A stretch of DNA of 64,000 bases from Lama guanicoe (Eukaryota), in NCBI GenBank assembly GCA_013239625.1, contig MU053881.1, positions 13,940,373-14,004,372 of the forward strand, in the 5' to 3' direction. Both the position numbers and the translations under genes were made by a program. Under the pieces are notes generated by a model. That model did no database searches. It was not told where the DNA came from and saw only the letters and a list, made by a program, of their open reading frames with translations. This document shows positions 1 to 13,834 of this stretch, in pieces. How positions within the stretch are numbered: the first letter of the stretch is position 1; each line of letters begins with the position of its first letter.

Positions 1-213
1 TGAGGCCTATAAATCCTGCAGCCATCTCTGAGCACAGAGCCATCCATAAAATTAAGTCCAGGCTGAAGATGACACAATAAAAAGATGGGAAGAATTTGGG
101 TCCTTGGGGATGTTACTCAAGCATTGTTCAAAAAAATGCCTGGAACGTTCCATAATGCTAGACTTCCAGTTTCATGAGATAAATTTCCTTTCTGCTTAAG
201 CCAGTTTGCATTG

Positions 214-244
<31 letters not shown>

Positions 245-575
245 ANNNNNNNNNNNNNNNNNNNNNNNNNNNNNNNNNNNNNNNNNNNNNNNNNNNNNNN
301 NNNNNNNNNNNNNNNNNNNNNNNNNNNNNNNNNNNNNNNNNNNNNNNNNNNNNNNNNNNNNNNNNNNNNNNNNNNNNNNNNNNNNNNNNNNNNNNNNNNN
401 NNNNNNNNNNNNNNNNNNNNNNNNNNNNNNNNNNNNNNNNNNNNNNNNNNNNNNNNNNNNNNNNNNNNNNNNNNNNNNNNNNNNNNNNNNNNNNNNNNNN
501 NNNNNNNNNNNNNNNNNNNNNNNNTTTTTTTTTTTTTTTTTTTTTTTTTTTTTGGTTACAAGCAGGAAAATTCAT
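1..575 (+). mobile_element. MaLR MLT1-type LTR 3' part, interrupted by poly-T/N gap
   Basis: 'gagataaatttcctttctgcttaagccagtttg...ggttacaagc' resembles the MLT1 LTR 3' terminus and continues across the gap. Confidence 0.65.
246..524. other. Assembly gap (279 N) flanked by poly-T (218-244, 525-553)
   Basis: Seen directly. Confidence 1.
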
Positions 576-879
576 TCTGCCAGATAGGTTGGGGTTCATT
601 TTGTTTTTAATTCAACAGGGATTTACTGAGCACCCACCATGTGCCATGTTCTACCTGGCCCAGGGCCAGGGTAATGCAGACTAAGTGACTAAGACAACAC
701 TGCCAATTCTAGTGACACTTAATGTTCTAATTTAGGGGAGGGGCAGGAAAGAAGTAGAAATAGATGGGTTAGCTTTGATAACATCAAATGCTATACAGAA
801 AATAAAGCAGGGTAAGGTGCTAAAAGATAGCTAGCAGCATGAAGGAGGGAAGCAGAGCCTAAGAAACTATTAGATATGT

Positions 880-1320
880 GCAGAAGTGGGCCAAGTCCAG
901 GGATGAGCACACCTCAGTGTTTATAATAGCAAAACTAATGATCATTACTAGAAATAACCCAGGTGTCCATCTATGGGGGCCTCATGAGATATCAATCTTG
1001 GTGCGTTTATGTGATAAAATAGTATATTGTCAGTGAAAGGCTGGACTCTAAGATTATACCGCTTATATGACACTATCTCCCAGGTAAATTATTAATAAAA
1101 ATTAAAACCTGAGTGTGGAATAGTATACAGAGTGGTACCCCAATGCTGAGAATTAGAAAAAGGATAGCTGGATACAGATGCAGGTATAAATGTATTTCTG
1201 AGTGGATGTGCAACAGAGTTTATCAGTGGCCTTTAGGGGAGGTGAGAAAGAAGAGACTTTTACCTTTTATTTTGTACCTATCTGTACAGTTTTAGAATTT
1301 ATGTTACCATGTGTCTTTTT
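880..1320 (+). mobile_element. Old L1 (L1ME-like) 3' end fragment
   Basis: 'cagtgtttataatagcaaaa...aacccaggtgtccatc' L1M 3' motifs. Confidence 0.5.
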
Positions 1321-2299
1321 AATTTATAGAATAAGTCCATTTTTTAAAGAAATTTTAATGATATCTCGATTTTCCTTCAAGGCAAACCTGAGTCCAGGGA
1401 TAATTAGTGTAAGTAAATATCCATGCTTAGGAGGAGGGGCTTTTCATAGCCATGACCTTAGAGGAGAAGAACCTGACTTTAAATAGGAATCAGGCAAAAA
1501 ATGAGGCCATCTGTTCTACCTGGTGTCACCTGGCATCCAGTCCCCCCACCATCAGGGATAAAAGCTGCAGGAAGAGACTCTAGCGCCGAACACTCTGCGA
1601 CAACCAAGAGCAGCACCGCATGGGACCAGCTGCCAGGATTATCCCAGATAATGTCAGGGCAGAGAGACGGTGGGGGAGGATGGAAGAAAAATATGCGAGG
1701 ACGCTAGACGAGGCCAAAACTCTGAAAGTTTGGGAGTGGCTGAGGAAGGGCCCTCATGGCGGGAATGCTCGGAGGCCTGGAGGTTGATGAAGGCGTGTAA
1801 GGTTATTAGCAGGTGCGTCTATATGACCTTCTCAGGGATTCCGCTCCCCAGGTGCTTTGATCTGAGCCAGGCCCAGAACCTGTGTTGATTTCACTTAGTG
1901 ACCTCCCTCTTCACTGAACATGTGTTTTCAAAAGCCCTCATCTGCTCCCTGTCAAACCCCTATTTGTAACACAATCAGCAGGTCTCCCAAGGAGGCTGCC
2001 TCAATGCCAACTTCAAGAGCAGAACAGGTTGAGGTCTGTCCCGATGGAGCGCTTTCCGTAGACCTGCATCATTGGAAACGCCCCATTGAGTGACTGTGGT
2101 TTCCTTTACTCACAGAGCTGCATGTTAGATCTGTGGGAAAGAACTGCAAGACAGAGTTACTAAATAAACTATGAAAAACCTAACAGTCACACTTTTTTAT
2201 CTTAGGGGTTGGCATATCCCAGTGATCAGTACTGTCTATAGCAGTGTTCAAAGCAAATACAAGTAAATCTTACATTCTAGTAAATAAATAAGTAAAACT

Positions 2300-3600
2300 G
2301 GAGTTTGCCGGATGGTGATAAGTTCTTTGGGAAAAAAAAATAAGGCAGGCAAGTGAGATGAGGAGTGGAAGGGTGCAAAGGAGATGCGTTCTGATTCCAA
2401 ATAGTGTGGTCAGGAAAGCCCTCACTGAGAAGGTGACAGCAGAGCTTCATCCAGGGAAGGGAGGGTCAAATCATGGGATGATTTTGGGAGAAGAGTGGTC
2501 CAGGTATGGATAGGAGCAAAGGTGAAGGGCACGGGGGCGTGTCTGGGTGTCTGGAGCAAGGAGGACAAGTGTCTGGAAAGGGGGAGCAAAGGGGAGTGTG
2601 ATAAGAGGTGAGGTCAGGGTCACAAGGTGGACGTCGGGGAGCAGGTTGTGTGGGGCCTTGTAGGTCATTGTGGTGACTTGGGGTTTTACTCAGGGAGAGA
2701 GGGAATAAAGGGGGAGCTGTCTGAGTTTCCTGTTGTTCCTGTTACAAATGACCGCAAATTTAACAGCTTGAAGCTACACAGATTTATTCTCTTACAGTTC
2801 TGGAAGTCAGAAGTCTGAAAGCAGTTTTACTGGACTGAGGTTAAGGTCTGGCAAGCTTGGTTCCTTCTGCAGGCTGTGAAGAGAGACTCTATTTTCTGGC
2901 CCTTTTCAGGGTCTAGCGGCCACCTGCATCCCTTTGCTTGTGGCCCCATCTTCCATCTTCAGAGTACATTGTCCTCATCCCTGCTTCCATCACTTTCTCC
3001 TCTGATTCTGACTACTCCAGCATCCTCTTATAAAGACCATTGTACTTGCATCAGACCTTCCAGATAATCCAATTTCCTTATCTCAAGATCTTTAACTTAA
3101 TCATACCTGTAACATCTCTTTTGCCATATAGAGTAACACACATAGGTTCTGCGGATCAGGACCTGGACATGTCTGGGAGGCCATCATTCAGCCTGCCACA
3201 GATACCTTGATTTAAGTTTCTAAAGAATTCTCTGGCTGCTGCGTAAGAATAGAGTTTTGGGAGTGCACCGGCAGAAACAAGGAAACCTATTAGGCAGCTC
3301 CTGCAATACCTCAGACAAAAGACGATGAGGGTTCAGTTCAGGGTGATGAGAGAAGAGTGGCTGAGAAGTCGTATCTTGGATATGTTTTGAAGATAAAATC
3401 ACATGGTTTGTTGATATGGGTCATGTAAAAAAAAAATAGAAGGGGAAATGACCTCTCTAAGTTTTTAGCCTGAGCAACTGGAAGGATGGATATAGTTTTG
3501 TACCAAAATGGGAAAGGTTACTGAAAGAGCAGATTTAGAGGACAGATCATGAGTTTGGTTATGTGCATTATTACATATGAAATGCCTATTGAAGGGTCAA
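2300..3600 (-). mobile_element. L2 LINE fragment split by an MLT1 LTR
   Basis: 'caggaaagccctcactgagaaggtgaca', 'gcctgagcaactggaaggatgga' L2 motifs on either side of 2718-3200. Confidence 0.7.
2718..3200 (-). mobile_element. MLT1D/C-like solo LTR
   Basis: TG...CA termini; 'atttattctcttacagttctggaagtcagaagtctgaa', 'ctcaagatctttaacttaatc' are typical MLT1. Confidence 0.85.
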
Positions 3601-4169
3601 ACTGAGATGAATTAAATGTTAGGACTTGAACCTAAACAGGCGAATCAAATTAGCTTTTGCTATAATTGTGCACTGAGAGTTGTCACCCATTGCAATACTT
3701 TAAAAGCCATTGGGCTATGGTTCTTTGCATAAAAGTCACATAGGAACATTGCATGAGCAGGAGAACATGGTAGATGAGCAATAGCAGGGCAGGATTCATG
3801 TCCTAACAAAACCCTGACTGTAACACCATCAAAATAGCATCAGAAAGACCCCCAAAGCTCATGTAACCCTACCGTTGCAAATGTACATGCAATTTCTGAG
3901 GCCAACACTGAGATCTACAGAGATCCTCTTGTATCTTGGTTCAGGGTCTGTTTCAATGGTTTTGAACTCTAGTTTGCATTAGAAACAACGGAAGATCGTG
4001 TTAAAGAGCAACTTTCCAGATTCCATGTGAAGAGTCTGGCTCAGCCGTTCTGGTTGGTGGTGGTAGGGATGGATCTGCAACCCAGATAACAGTGGGGAAG
4101 GAGAGAGGAGGGACTGATGGGTTGTGGTAAGTGAAATATGCAGTGAGGATTTAGTTTGGTTTGGTTTGA

Positions 4170-4400
4170 AGTTAAGAATGTATTGAGGACTTAGCATGGG
4201 CAGTTAGGACATCACTTGATCCTCACTACACCCTAAGACGTGGGGGGGAAGTGCTATTATTAGTCTCATTTTACAGATGAGAAGACGAAAGCCCTAAGGA
4301 ATTAGATGTCTTTCCCAGATCACATAGCCGGTCAAGGCAGAGCTGAGATTTTAAACTGGGTTTGTTTGGCTCGGACTCCCATATCCATGCTGCTATCTGG
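4170..4400 (-). mobile_element. MIR SINE
   Basis: Core 'cattttacagatgagaagac...cccagatcacatagc'. Confidence 0.8.
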
Positions 4401-4560
4401 TATTCTGTGTTGGGGATGGTGACGTGGAATGATAAGTGGTTGGATGGGTTGGATGTGTGAAAAGGGATGATTCTAAGATGCTGTTGATGATGTCTGGGGT
4501 TTATGTTGGGATTTGTAGATTGAATTTTGGAGCCAGGTTGCCTGATTTCTTTCTTTCTTC

Positions 4561-4630
4561 TATTTTATTGAAGTATAGTCAATTACAGTGTGTCAATTTC
4601 TGGTGCACAGCACCATGTCTCAGTCATGGG
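4561..4630 (-). mobile_element. Very short young L1 3' end
   Basis: 'ttttattgaagtatagtcaattacagtgtgtcaatttctggtg' shared with other L1 ends in the window. Confidence 0.75.
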
Positions 4631-4770
4631 ATGGATGTGTACAGGGAACTCAGTGATATTTGGGGAGAGGAAGGAAGGAAAGGGGAGGAGAGAGAGAGAA
4701 GAAAAAGATATCACCTGATGCATAGTAACAGAAAAAACATACTACTACTGTTATTATTAAAGAAATGGAT

Positions 4771-4857
4771 TTTATTTTTTTACTGAAGTACAGGCAGTTA
4801 CAATGTGTCAGTTTCTGGTGCGCAGCACAACGTCCCAGACATGCATATATACACACA
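4771..4857 (-). mobile_element. ~85 bp young L1 3' end with TSD
   Basis: L1 tail flanked by taaagaaatggatttt / taaggaaatggttttt. Confidence 0.8.
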
Positions 4858-7800
4858 TAAGGAAATGGTTTTTAAATACCTACTCTAAACCAGGCATTTT
4901 GCTAAGCTAGATTTATCAGCCTTACAGCAGAGCATTCTGTATGTTCCTTTAAACCATTGTTGTATTTGGGCTGAAAAAGTTAGGGGGACACAGTAGGAAT
5001 CCCTAACTCTTAGGGCTTGTTGAATTTAGGACTCACAGCCACATTTTCAATATATTTAGGAAATTCAAATTTCACTGGAACCTGTCCTGTGCACACAACT
5101 CATTCTCCAAGGCCACACCAGACAGAGTGACCAAACAGATGGACTCTGCATTGCACCCAGGAGTCCAGCCAACTCCGGCTGCGCTGGCCACATTGGAGAA
5201 TCTCACAGAAGTTAGGTAGAATTTCCAAATTTGCAAGGGAGAGTGAGATCCTGAGTCCCACTTCCAATTTTGAATCACGCAGGTTATAGGTTTCAAGTGG
5301 ACTTTCTCTGTTTATTTTCACTTAGCACATTTGCTCCTTTTCTTCTGGGATGAGGAGACATCATCTGGCACCTCTGCCAACCTCATCATCACAATTATCC
5401 GCTTGGCAGATGATGGTTGCTTTGGAGAACAGACACAGCTCCTCTAGGGAGTCACGCATACGCACACCTCTTCTGCAGGTTTGTGGGCCTTGGTGAGGAG
5501 GCGACAGGAGGAGTTCTGTGGACCCGGAGAACTTTTAGGACTTTTCACTCTTTCGCCTGCTTGAATTAGCAACTGGGCAGAAATGCCCTTCAACCAAGAC
5601 TGAAACCAGGGCAACTCCCAAAGCAGAACCATGATCTGCATTAGAAAGAAATTCTGAGTCCTCTCTTGGGCATCTGCAATGAGATTTTCAAGAGGGCAGT
5701 GCCAGTAACTTGCTCTTCCTTGAAAATATCCATTCTAAACAGACTTGGAACCTGTCAGTCCAGGAGTCAGGTCTTTACTGTCCTCCTTGTATTGGCAAAA
5801 TAAATACTGGAATTCAGTTCACTTCACAAAGACTTAGAGAACGTTAGGTCCGATGCGTGGTGGTTACCGTGGTAAACAAGCCCCTTCTCTCATGGGACTT
5901 GTTGTCCCGTGGGAAATAAAGTCAGGGAAATAATTCATCACAAGTCAGTGTGATGAGAGCTAGGCTGTTATAGGGCAGTTTTTTGAAACTCAGAGATGTT
6001 TACCTAATCCAAATCCAGGTAGACAGAAAATCCTTCCAAAGGAAGAGGTATCTTAATTTGAATCCTGAATGAAAATGTACCTGAAAGAATCCTGAACCGG
6101 AAGTATGGGATCCAGGTCCCTTTTTTCTTTCTTTTTTTTTTTTTTTGAGTTATTAGCCTTGGAAACATGGACAAGTCATTTAACATCAAAGAACATCAGT
6201 CTCTTTATCTTAGAAATGGGGATAATAATACATCTCAAAGGATCAGGTAACAAAAACATATGTGCAAGTGATTGGTAAATTCCAAAGCATTGTGCAGAGT
6301 GCCAAGGGAAGGTATATGAAGTACCATTGCTGTCAGTATTCTAGCATCCCAGCCTGTATGTGCTTGGATTGGTGCCAGAAAGTTTGGCTTTGCCTTCTCC
6401 CAGTACCATTCATCTTTGAAAGTGCTTAAAGTCACTTTGCAACCAAGATCCACAAATGGAAACCCAAATTTATTGCCGGCTTAACTCTGCTGATATTCAG
6501 TCTTCTCTCCCACCCCCCCCAATCTCTGACCCTGTTTAAGTTTTGGGTTTTTTTCCCCTACTCTTCCTACTTTCCTAGGAAGCAAGAGACTGGTCCATAA
6601 ATATTTATCAGTATGCTTTGTGATTTGTAAGCAGATTTGAGAATAAAATCGTACTATTTCAAGCATCAAGGTTGAATAGCTTTCAAACTAAAACCGAGCT
6701 CTATTGTGAAGCAAAGAGGAGGAGCAGGCTTTTCCGTGGCTGTACAGCGAGATTTATTTTTGTGTCTCATCTTTCATAACGCGTAGCATCTCTCTCACGT
6801 CACGGGGCAGCCCTTTTCACCTATCAACCTTGGAGGCACCAGAGTTAGACATCTCTTCTCCTCAGTGGAGAAGTACATTTTTCCACTAATGAATGTAGCA
6901 GTGTCCAAGTGTGATGCCTGGAATCACCTCTGAGGCAGAAAACCAAGCTCCAGACACCCTGGGCCCAAAGCCCAGAAAACCAATGTCAGTTTCCTCGGTA
7001 TATTTGGAAGAAAGAAAACATCCAACATGAAGGGTGAGCAAAGAAGGCAAAAGATGACTTGAGAGGGAAAACAAGAGGACCCACTAGGTGTTAACCTATG
7101 GTGGCGATGGTCGTAGCCTTCCCCACGTTGTCTCAACTCAAGATAAGCAACTACTCTGTCTTAGAGACGGACTTTTCTAGAAAATCTTCCATCTAGATGA
7201 AGAGTTTTTATCCAAATATCAGACTTCAGAAAGCTAAGGTAACGGCTACCTCTCATCTCAACACACCCTCCACACTTGCTTAATCTGACTAAAAACTCAA
7301 CTTGCTAAAATAAAGTTAAAGCAGTAGGTTGAGGGAAGAGTTAGTGGAGGGTTTTGTTTTGTTTTGTTTTGCTTTCAGAAAAGGTTGTCATTCATTAAAA
7401 TCCAGCTGAAGACCTTTGGGGCCAGATGTTTCCATCTGGGGCTCCTTTACATGAGAATAATGCAAAACAGTTAAAAACTTGAATTCTGGAATCTGATTAT
7501 GTTAACTTTAATTGTTCATGAAGGGTTTGGTGAAAAAGCAAACAGATGAATGAAGTGAAATTTTCAAAGATTCATCGTGGTTTGTTTTTTTTTTCCTATC
7601 TAGTCTGCCCCTATGGAAAATAAGGGAGAAATGTCAGTTTATTACAGTCCTCTTGTAAGTATCCATGTCCTAGACGTTTCTCCTGTGCAATCTCTCATGT
7701 TGCCTGATGCCTTCCCTGTCAGCATGACCTATGCTCCAAACTTCCACATTTCAAAACTTACCTGTGTTGCTTTCCATTCATAAAGGAAATTAGATTTTCA

Positions 7801-9214
7801 GATTTTCAAGGTTAAAAACTAACTTCCTGGTAAGCTCACCTGCAATTTAATAGTTGTTGACTCCTATTACCAGTATGCCAGCCCTAACTACATTTTATAG
7901 GAACTTTGTTGAGACAAATGCCTTCATGAACGGGAGTATATATCTAATTCTAGATTGTTCAGGAGGCCAGTGGAAATGTAATCTGGAGTGCAGAAGCTCT
8001 CTAGTCTTCAGATCATTCAGCCTGCCATCTAGATCTAGTTAGCAATAGCGTTCATACATAGGAAATAATTGAGATTAAAGACAGTGTCAATCATTCAATT
8101 TTCAAAACTCAAGTCTAGGCCACTGGTACCAAAAGCCTCATAAATGAGCAGCTGCCTAAAATGAATATTGTGCTTTATGTATTTCAATGCATTAATCTTA
8201 GAAAACTGAACCAAGAGGACAGGAAAGCTGTTTCTGTATTCTTTGAAAGTCCAGATCTTCCGAGTGGGCTCCTCCGTTTGGTTTTCCTGCATCTGTTATT
8301 TTGCTGTGGGCTACCAGCATGCCAAGATGTAAGTGATCATTACACGTTAAATAGACCATTTTTGCTAAAGAGAAGGCTCAAAGGGAAGATAAGGGGTAGG
8401 GGGGCGGAAATCTGCTATAGGCTGCATTTGAAAAGAGGTAGCTGTGAAGGACGTGATTTGAGCTGGAGGAAGTTGAAGAAAGACAGCTTCATGTTTGAGC
8501 CCATCTTTCAATTTTTAGAGGAAGATGAATACTGAGCTTAACACAGATGGAGAAGAAAGAAGAGCAGAAAAGTGGCGATGCGTGGTAGAGAAAGCAGGTC
8601 TTTGAGTAAAGACACCTGCTCTGCCACTAATAGGATGCTTTGATGGGGAAAAAGATGCTTTGGAACCCAAGTCTGGATTCACATGAAAGATGAAGATGGA
8701 TCAAACGGTCTCCAGAGGCCCTTGGAGGAATGCTCTGATGCTTGAGGACTTCAGAACCCTACTTGGGCTGCTTTGAACCTATCAGCTCGGTGATTAAAAT
8801 CTGCACTTAGACACTCTTTCCTTTTGTGCCATCTCAGGGTGCCTAGCGGTAGATGAGGCACAGGGGTCAGTTCCCAGGTTTTGGGATCTAAGGAATGTTG
8901 TCTCACCTTCTCAGCATTGATGCCAATTGTGTATTTTGGTTGATGATGCGTAAAACAGATTGTGAGAAGTAAACCCTCCAAGCTGTGCTGCAGAACCATT
9001 AGACATGGTGTTTCACCTGCAGGTTACGTTTTTTAAAGGATTTGTCTGTAGATGCCTCGTGGAAGCCAGCCACAGTCATGTGATGTGCTTTGAACCTTTT
9101 AAATGGGCCGTGTTTCTGGTTGAAAGGGAGTCCAAGCAGGCTCCGATCTTTGGAAACAGTGGGAATAATACAGAGCCTGGAAAAATCTCTGCAGTTGGGC
9201 TGCTTTTGTCCCAG

Positions 9215-9330
9215 TCATTCATTCATTCATTCAACAAACATCTATTGAGGACCTATTATGTACTAGGCATTGTGCAAGGCATTGAGGAAGCAGAAGTAAG
9301 ACAAACTTACCCCAGTGAAACTTCCTATGT
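9215..9330 (-). mobile_element. L2 3' end
   Basis: 'cattcattcattcattcaacaaacatctattgaggacc'. Confidence 0.75.
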
Positions 9331-9917
9331 AAAGGGTACTATGTCAGTTCCGTGGGAGGTAGCCTAGAGCTGGAAGTCAGGGAAGTTCTCCCTCAGCACT
9401 GGCACCTGAGAATTGAAAGCCGGGTCTCCTGCCTCTCCTAAGCCTTCCATTTCTTTCAGTATTCCTCATATGAGATATCTCCCATTCCCTACCTCTGAAC
9501 ACACTACAGTTTACCAGGGTCCCCTTTGAGTGGGACATCAGACTTTGTGAAACCCAGATGTATCTGATCTGGAAAGAAGGAAAGAGGATTCTGCAGCAGG
9601 CTAATGCCTTCAAGACTGTGAATCCTTCTTGGGGTTGGGGTCTTGAGGTTTTACAGAAAAACTGGATGGAGCAGAAAAGGTGATAACCATCAGGGCATTT
9701 TACAGGGTGCTGCATTCTTTTCGACCTTGCCGATCTCCCTGGCATCACAGAGGAACTTCGGAGCAGTCTATCCATGCTTCTGAGATTATCAGCCCATTGC
9801 CTCCTTCCTGGTTAAAGCTACTGGATGTAAGGGAAAAGAGGGAAAAGTCTGGCGGTTGTTTAGCATAAAAGCGGTGAGGGAGAGAAAGCAAATTGCAAGA
9901 TTTCTTAGAAAGAATCA

Positions 9918-10222
9918 GCAAACAAACAAAACATAAATACAAAACAGAAACAGACTCACAGACATAGAATACAAACTTGTGGTTGCCAAGGGGGTTGGGG
10001 GTGGAAAGGGATAGACTGGGATTTCAAAATGTAGACTAGATAAACAAGATTATACTGTATAGCACAGGGAAATACATTCAAGATCTTATGGTAGCTCACA
10101 AAAGAAAAAAATGCGACAATGAATATACATATGTTCATGTATAACTAAAAAATTGTGCTCTACACTGGAACTTGACACAACATTGTAAAATGATTATAAA
10201 TCAATAAAAAATGATTAAAAAA
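9918..10222 (+). mobile_element. Young L1 3' end with poly(A) and TSD AAAGAATCA
   Basis: 'acagactcacagacatagaatacaaacttgtggttgccaaggg...tcaataaaaaatgattaaaaaaaa'; TSD at 9909-9917 and ~10222-10230. Confidence 0.9.
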
Positions 10223-10546
10223 AAGAATCAAATACTTTTAGCACCAGGGAAGTCAGTTCGTTCGTTTCCTACTCCTTCACACCTGTAGGACTTGTTAAAA
10301 TACAGATTGATGGGCCTGAGCCCAGAGTTTCTGATCCAGCAGGTACACTGACTGAAACACCTGGCACAGGCCAGGCTCTGTGCTGGGCCCTGGGGATATG
10401 GGAGTGAACACGCTGGGCCCCTGTCTTCCCAGATTTAACAATTTGATGGCGGAGGCATACCTTAAACAACATTCTGATATATACAGTTAATTTTAAGACA
10501 GTATCACATTCAGGCCCCTCTCCCCCCCAGGATATCATTAAACTCT

Positions 10547-10730
10547 GTACTGGTTCTCAGACTTCGGTGAATGTAGACATTATCTGCTGTGGTGGGTGTT
10601 AAAATAATGCACATCCCCCAGGCTCTACCATCAGCGAGCCCCAAAGGTCTGGGGTGGAGCCTGAATGTTTCCCACATTCCCCAAATCACCCTGGTGTCGG
10701 TGGCCTTCCTCCCACACTCTGGAAACAGTC
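10547..10730. mobile_element. MER5-like hAT/Charlie fossil
   Basis: 'ctggttctcagactt...ggtctggggtggagcctg...ccacactctggaaac'. Confidence 0.65.
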
Positions 10731-11795
10731 CTTTATGAAAAGGCATCACTCTGTGCTGATGGCTTCTTAAGGCAGTCTCCTAAGTTGAAGTAGGCCAGAC
10801 TGTCTTTCCTTCCGTTTTAATAAAGGAGCTCCTCAAAATTAAATCTCTCTGCTTCCCTCTCTTCTTCTGGTATTTCAGCAGCCTCCAGGGAGCTGTTTTC
10901 ATTAAGTAATTCACAGAGAGAACACCTGTTCAGGTGGTGCCTTGGCTTTATTTGGAAAATGATGATTAAAAACCCAAGTCTCACTCTTTCTGGGAGGAGA
11001 TGGGACATCTCCCATCTGAAGGCACAGGTAATGTTTGTTGAATGGGAGGGTGCGGGTGGAGGGGAATGTCCCCTAGACTGGGTTCTGTTTTCCAGCAGCC
11101 TCTGGTAATATTGAAGCATGTGGGGAAGGCACAGGGGTCTGATCTCCCATGACCATCTTGTCACTGAGGGGGACCATGTGGGACTGTGTGAGAGAATAAT
11201 CCTAAAATGACTTACGGGCTCACTGGCACAGGACGAGTGTTAAAGGAGCAACCTGATGGGATAAATAACTGACAGGCTTTAGTTGCTGCTCCTTCAAGAC
11301 AAGGGTGCATCATTAAAAAAAAAAAAAGATGAGGGTGCGAGCGATGATAATGTACAGATAAATCATCACCAACCCAAGCTGCCCAAGGCCTCTGAGACAC
11401 TTGCCAACACTGAATCCATCACCTCTGGAAGCAAGACCGTGCCCAGAAGGGTTGCCCTTTTCTCCACATTCCCCACTGACACTCCAGTGCTCCATTAATG
11501 GCCTTTTCCTGTTGGAAGATTTTGCCCCTCTCTGTATGAGAAAGGGCACATGCAGGTCCAGTTCACGTGGTCAGACTAGCTTCACAAGACATTAGCATCG
11601 TCTGTAACAAGAGAAAAAAGTCCAACTTCTAATAAAATTAACTGGAAATCATGCCACATAGCAAATGGATAAAAGTTCTTTGACTCCCACTAAGAGAAAA
11701 AGTAATTGGGTTCCTATCAAATTATATTATGAAAGTTGAAAAATTGGTGTCAGACTGCAATCTAAAAGGAGACCCTGAAATGCATTCACAATGAC

Positions 11796-12164
11796 TTTTT
11801 TTTAATTGAAGTAAGTCAGTTACAATGTGTCATTTTCTTGTGCACAGCACAATGTCCCAGTCATGCATATACATACATACATTCCTTTTCATGTTCTTTT
11901 TCATTAAAGGTTATTACAAGATATTGAATATAGTTCCCAGTGCTCTACAGAAGAAGTTTGGGGTTTTTTTCTAATCTATTTTTATATATAGTGGCTAACA
12001 TTTGCAAATCTCAAACTCCCAAATTTATCCCTTCCCACCCCCTTTCCCCTGGTAACCGTAAGATTGTTTACTATGTCAGCAAGTCTGTTTCTGTTTTGTA
12101 GATGAGTTTGTTAGACAAGATATGATAAACCTCCTAGCAGAAAACATAAGCAAACATTCTCTGA
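11796..12164 (-). mobile_element. Young L1 with 5' inversion (twin-primed) and TSD
   Basis: Minus-strand 3' end (11796-~12108) joined to plus-strand ORF2-like 'ataaacctcctagcagaaaacataagcaaacattctctgac'; TSD cacaatgactttt / cacagtgactttt. Confidence 0.8.
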
Positions 12165-13459
12165 CACAGTGACTTTTGGTCCACAATCTTTTGTTAACAG
12201 AGCCACATGCCAATCTCCACAAGTGAGTATCCCTCGGGTCAAAACTCCCCACCCGTTGTGCCGTTATGGCTTTTCTCGGCATTCATTCACAAATGTTTAT
12301 GGACCATAATGCATGCAGAAGACAGACTGAGTCACTATAGGAAGGCACAAAATTCAGTCACAGAAGAATGCCCTCCCCATTCGGGGAAACAAGGTGTATG
12401 GAAACCACGTCATCCTATCACAGACCTAAAGCCAACTGTCCACATCCTTACCGGCAGCTCCCACAGTGAAGAGATGGGAACAATCAGAGAAGACTTCTTG
12501 TAGGAAGCAAAAGAAAATCTTGCAACGAGTCGTGAAGAGGAACCAGGATTCCATTCTAAGCAGAAGATCCAAAAGGCTGAGCTTTTTCATCAGGTAAGTC
12601 TTTCCCTGATGAAACCTGGAAATTACAGAAAATAAGGTCTGTCCTGAATTATCAAATAAATGCAAACTTAAAATAAGTATCTTCCACTGATTAAATTGGC
12701 AATATGAAATGATTATCAGCAAAGTTGGCAAATCCTGCTTTGGGGTTGTGAGTTGCTGTAACTGTTCTCCAAGGACATTGGGTAATGTGTGTCAGTGGCT
12801 TGAAATGTGTTATGTGCTTTAAGATAAATGTGCCACTTCTACGAAACGATATGGCTGTTGCTAAATATAAAGAACTCCATTTTAGAATTTTTGTAAAATG
12901 GAAAAAATACAAAAATCTGTATGTTCAATAGTTGGAGACTGCCTAAATTAGGATACATTTATGTGATGAGATAGTGGGGTGACTATTTAATAACTTAGAA
13001 AATATTCCTAGCAACTGATGAAGAATATGATCCAATTTTGGCTTTGAAAATACTTTATATACATTAAGAAAGAATCTAAAAGTCTAGAAATCAATCGATG
13101 ATTCTGAGTCGTAAAGTTCAGGGCGATTTGTAATTTTTTTTAACTTCTCTGTCACAGCCACACTTTCTGTAATAATCATGTATAAACTTCAGAAACCAGA
13201 AAAACATGAAAAGTATTTTTTCTAGAGGTTGAATGGGTAAAGGTCAGTGTTTTCATTGCTCACAGTGTTAAGTTCGGATTCCACGGTGTGGCCCCGCCTA
13301 CCACTCCACCCTCATCTCTCATTATCCTCCTGCTAGCCCTCTCACCATGATCCATGCTGGTATCCAGGTTTTTTCCCATTCCCTTCTACCACAGAGCCTT
13401 GATATAGTGAATTGTATTATTTTTGCAGCTATTCATGCCCACTCTTTTCCCTGTAAGAG

Positions 13460-13834
13460 GATTACCTTCCTGACAGTTGCCATGTACCTTGCTAGGTCCC
13501 CAGTGTTTAAGGACTATACATCCCTGTCCCATTGGCTTTGAGCTTTGGCCAAAGGAATTTAAACAGACCTGAGAAGGCCGCACTCAGTCAGAAGCCTTCA
13601 GAGTCATGGCGGGTCCCCACCAGTGCTCTTGGCCTTTCTTTATGCTCCAAGAATGTCTCACACAGGGGGCTGTTCCTTCAGTCTGAGCCTCCGAATGAGA
13701 ACCAGAGTCATAGCCCAGGCAAAGCTACAGTCACCCTACTGCCTAGTTGTAAAATCAGCAAGTAATAAACCTTGACAGTGTAAGCCACTGAGACATGAAG
13801 ATCATTTGTTACTGCGACAAAGCTGACAAATACA
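13460..13834 (+). mobile_element. MLT1G/H-like LTR inside an L2 fragment
   Basis: 'aataaaccttgacagtgtaagccactgagac...ttgttactgc...ctgacaaataca' MLT1 3' end. Confidence 0.7.

Noticed and set aside
12340..12600. Exon ending at CAG|gtaagt (~12593)
   Set aside because: Sequence appears L2-derived, with no clear acceptor or partner exon
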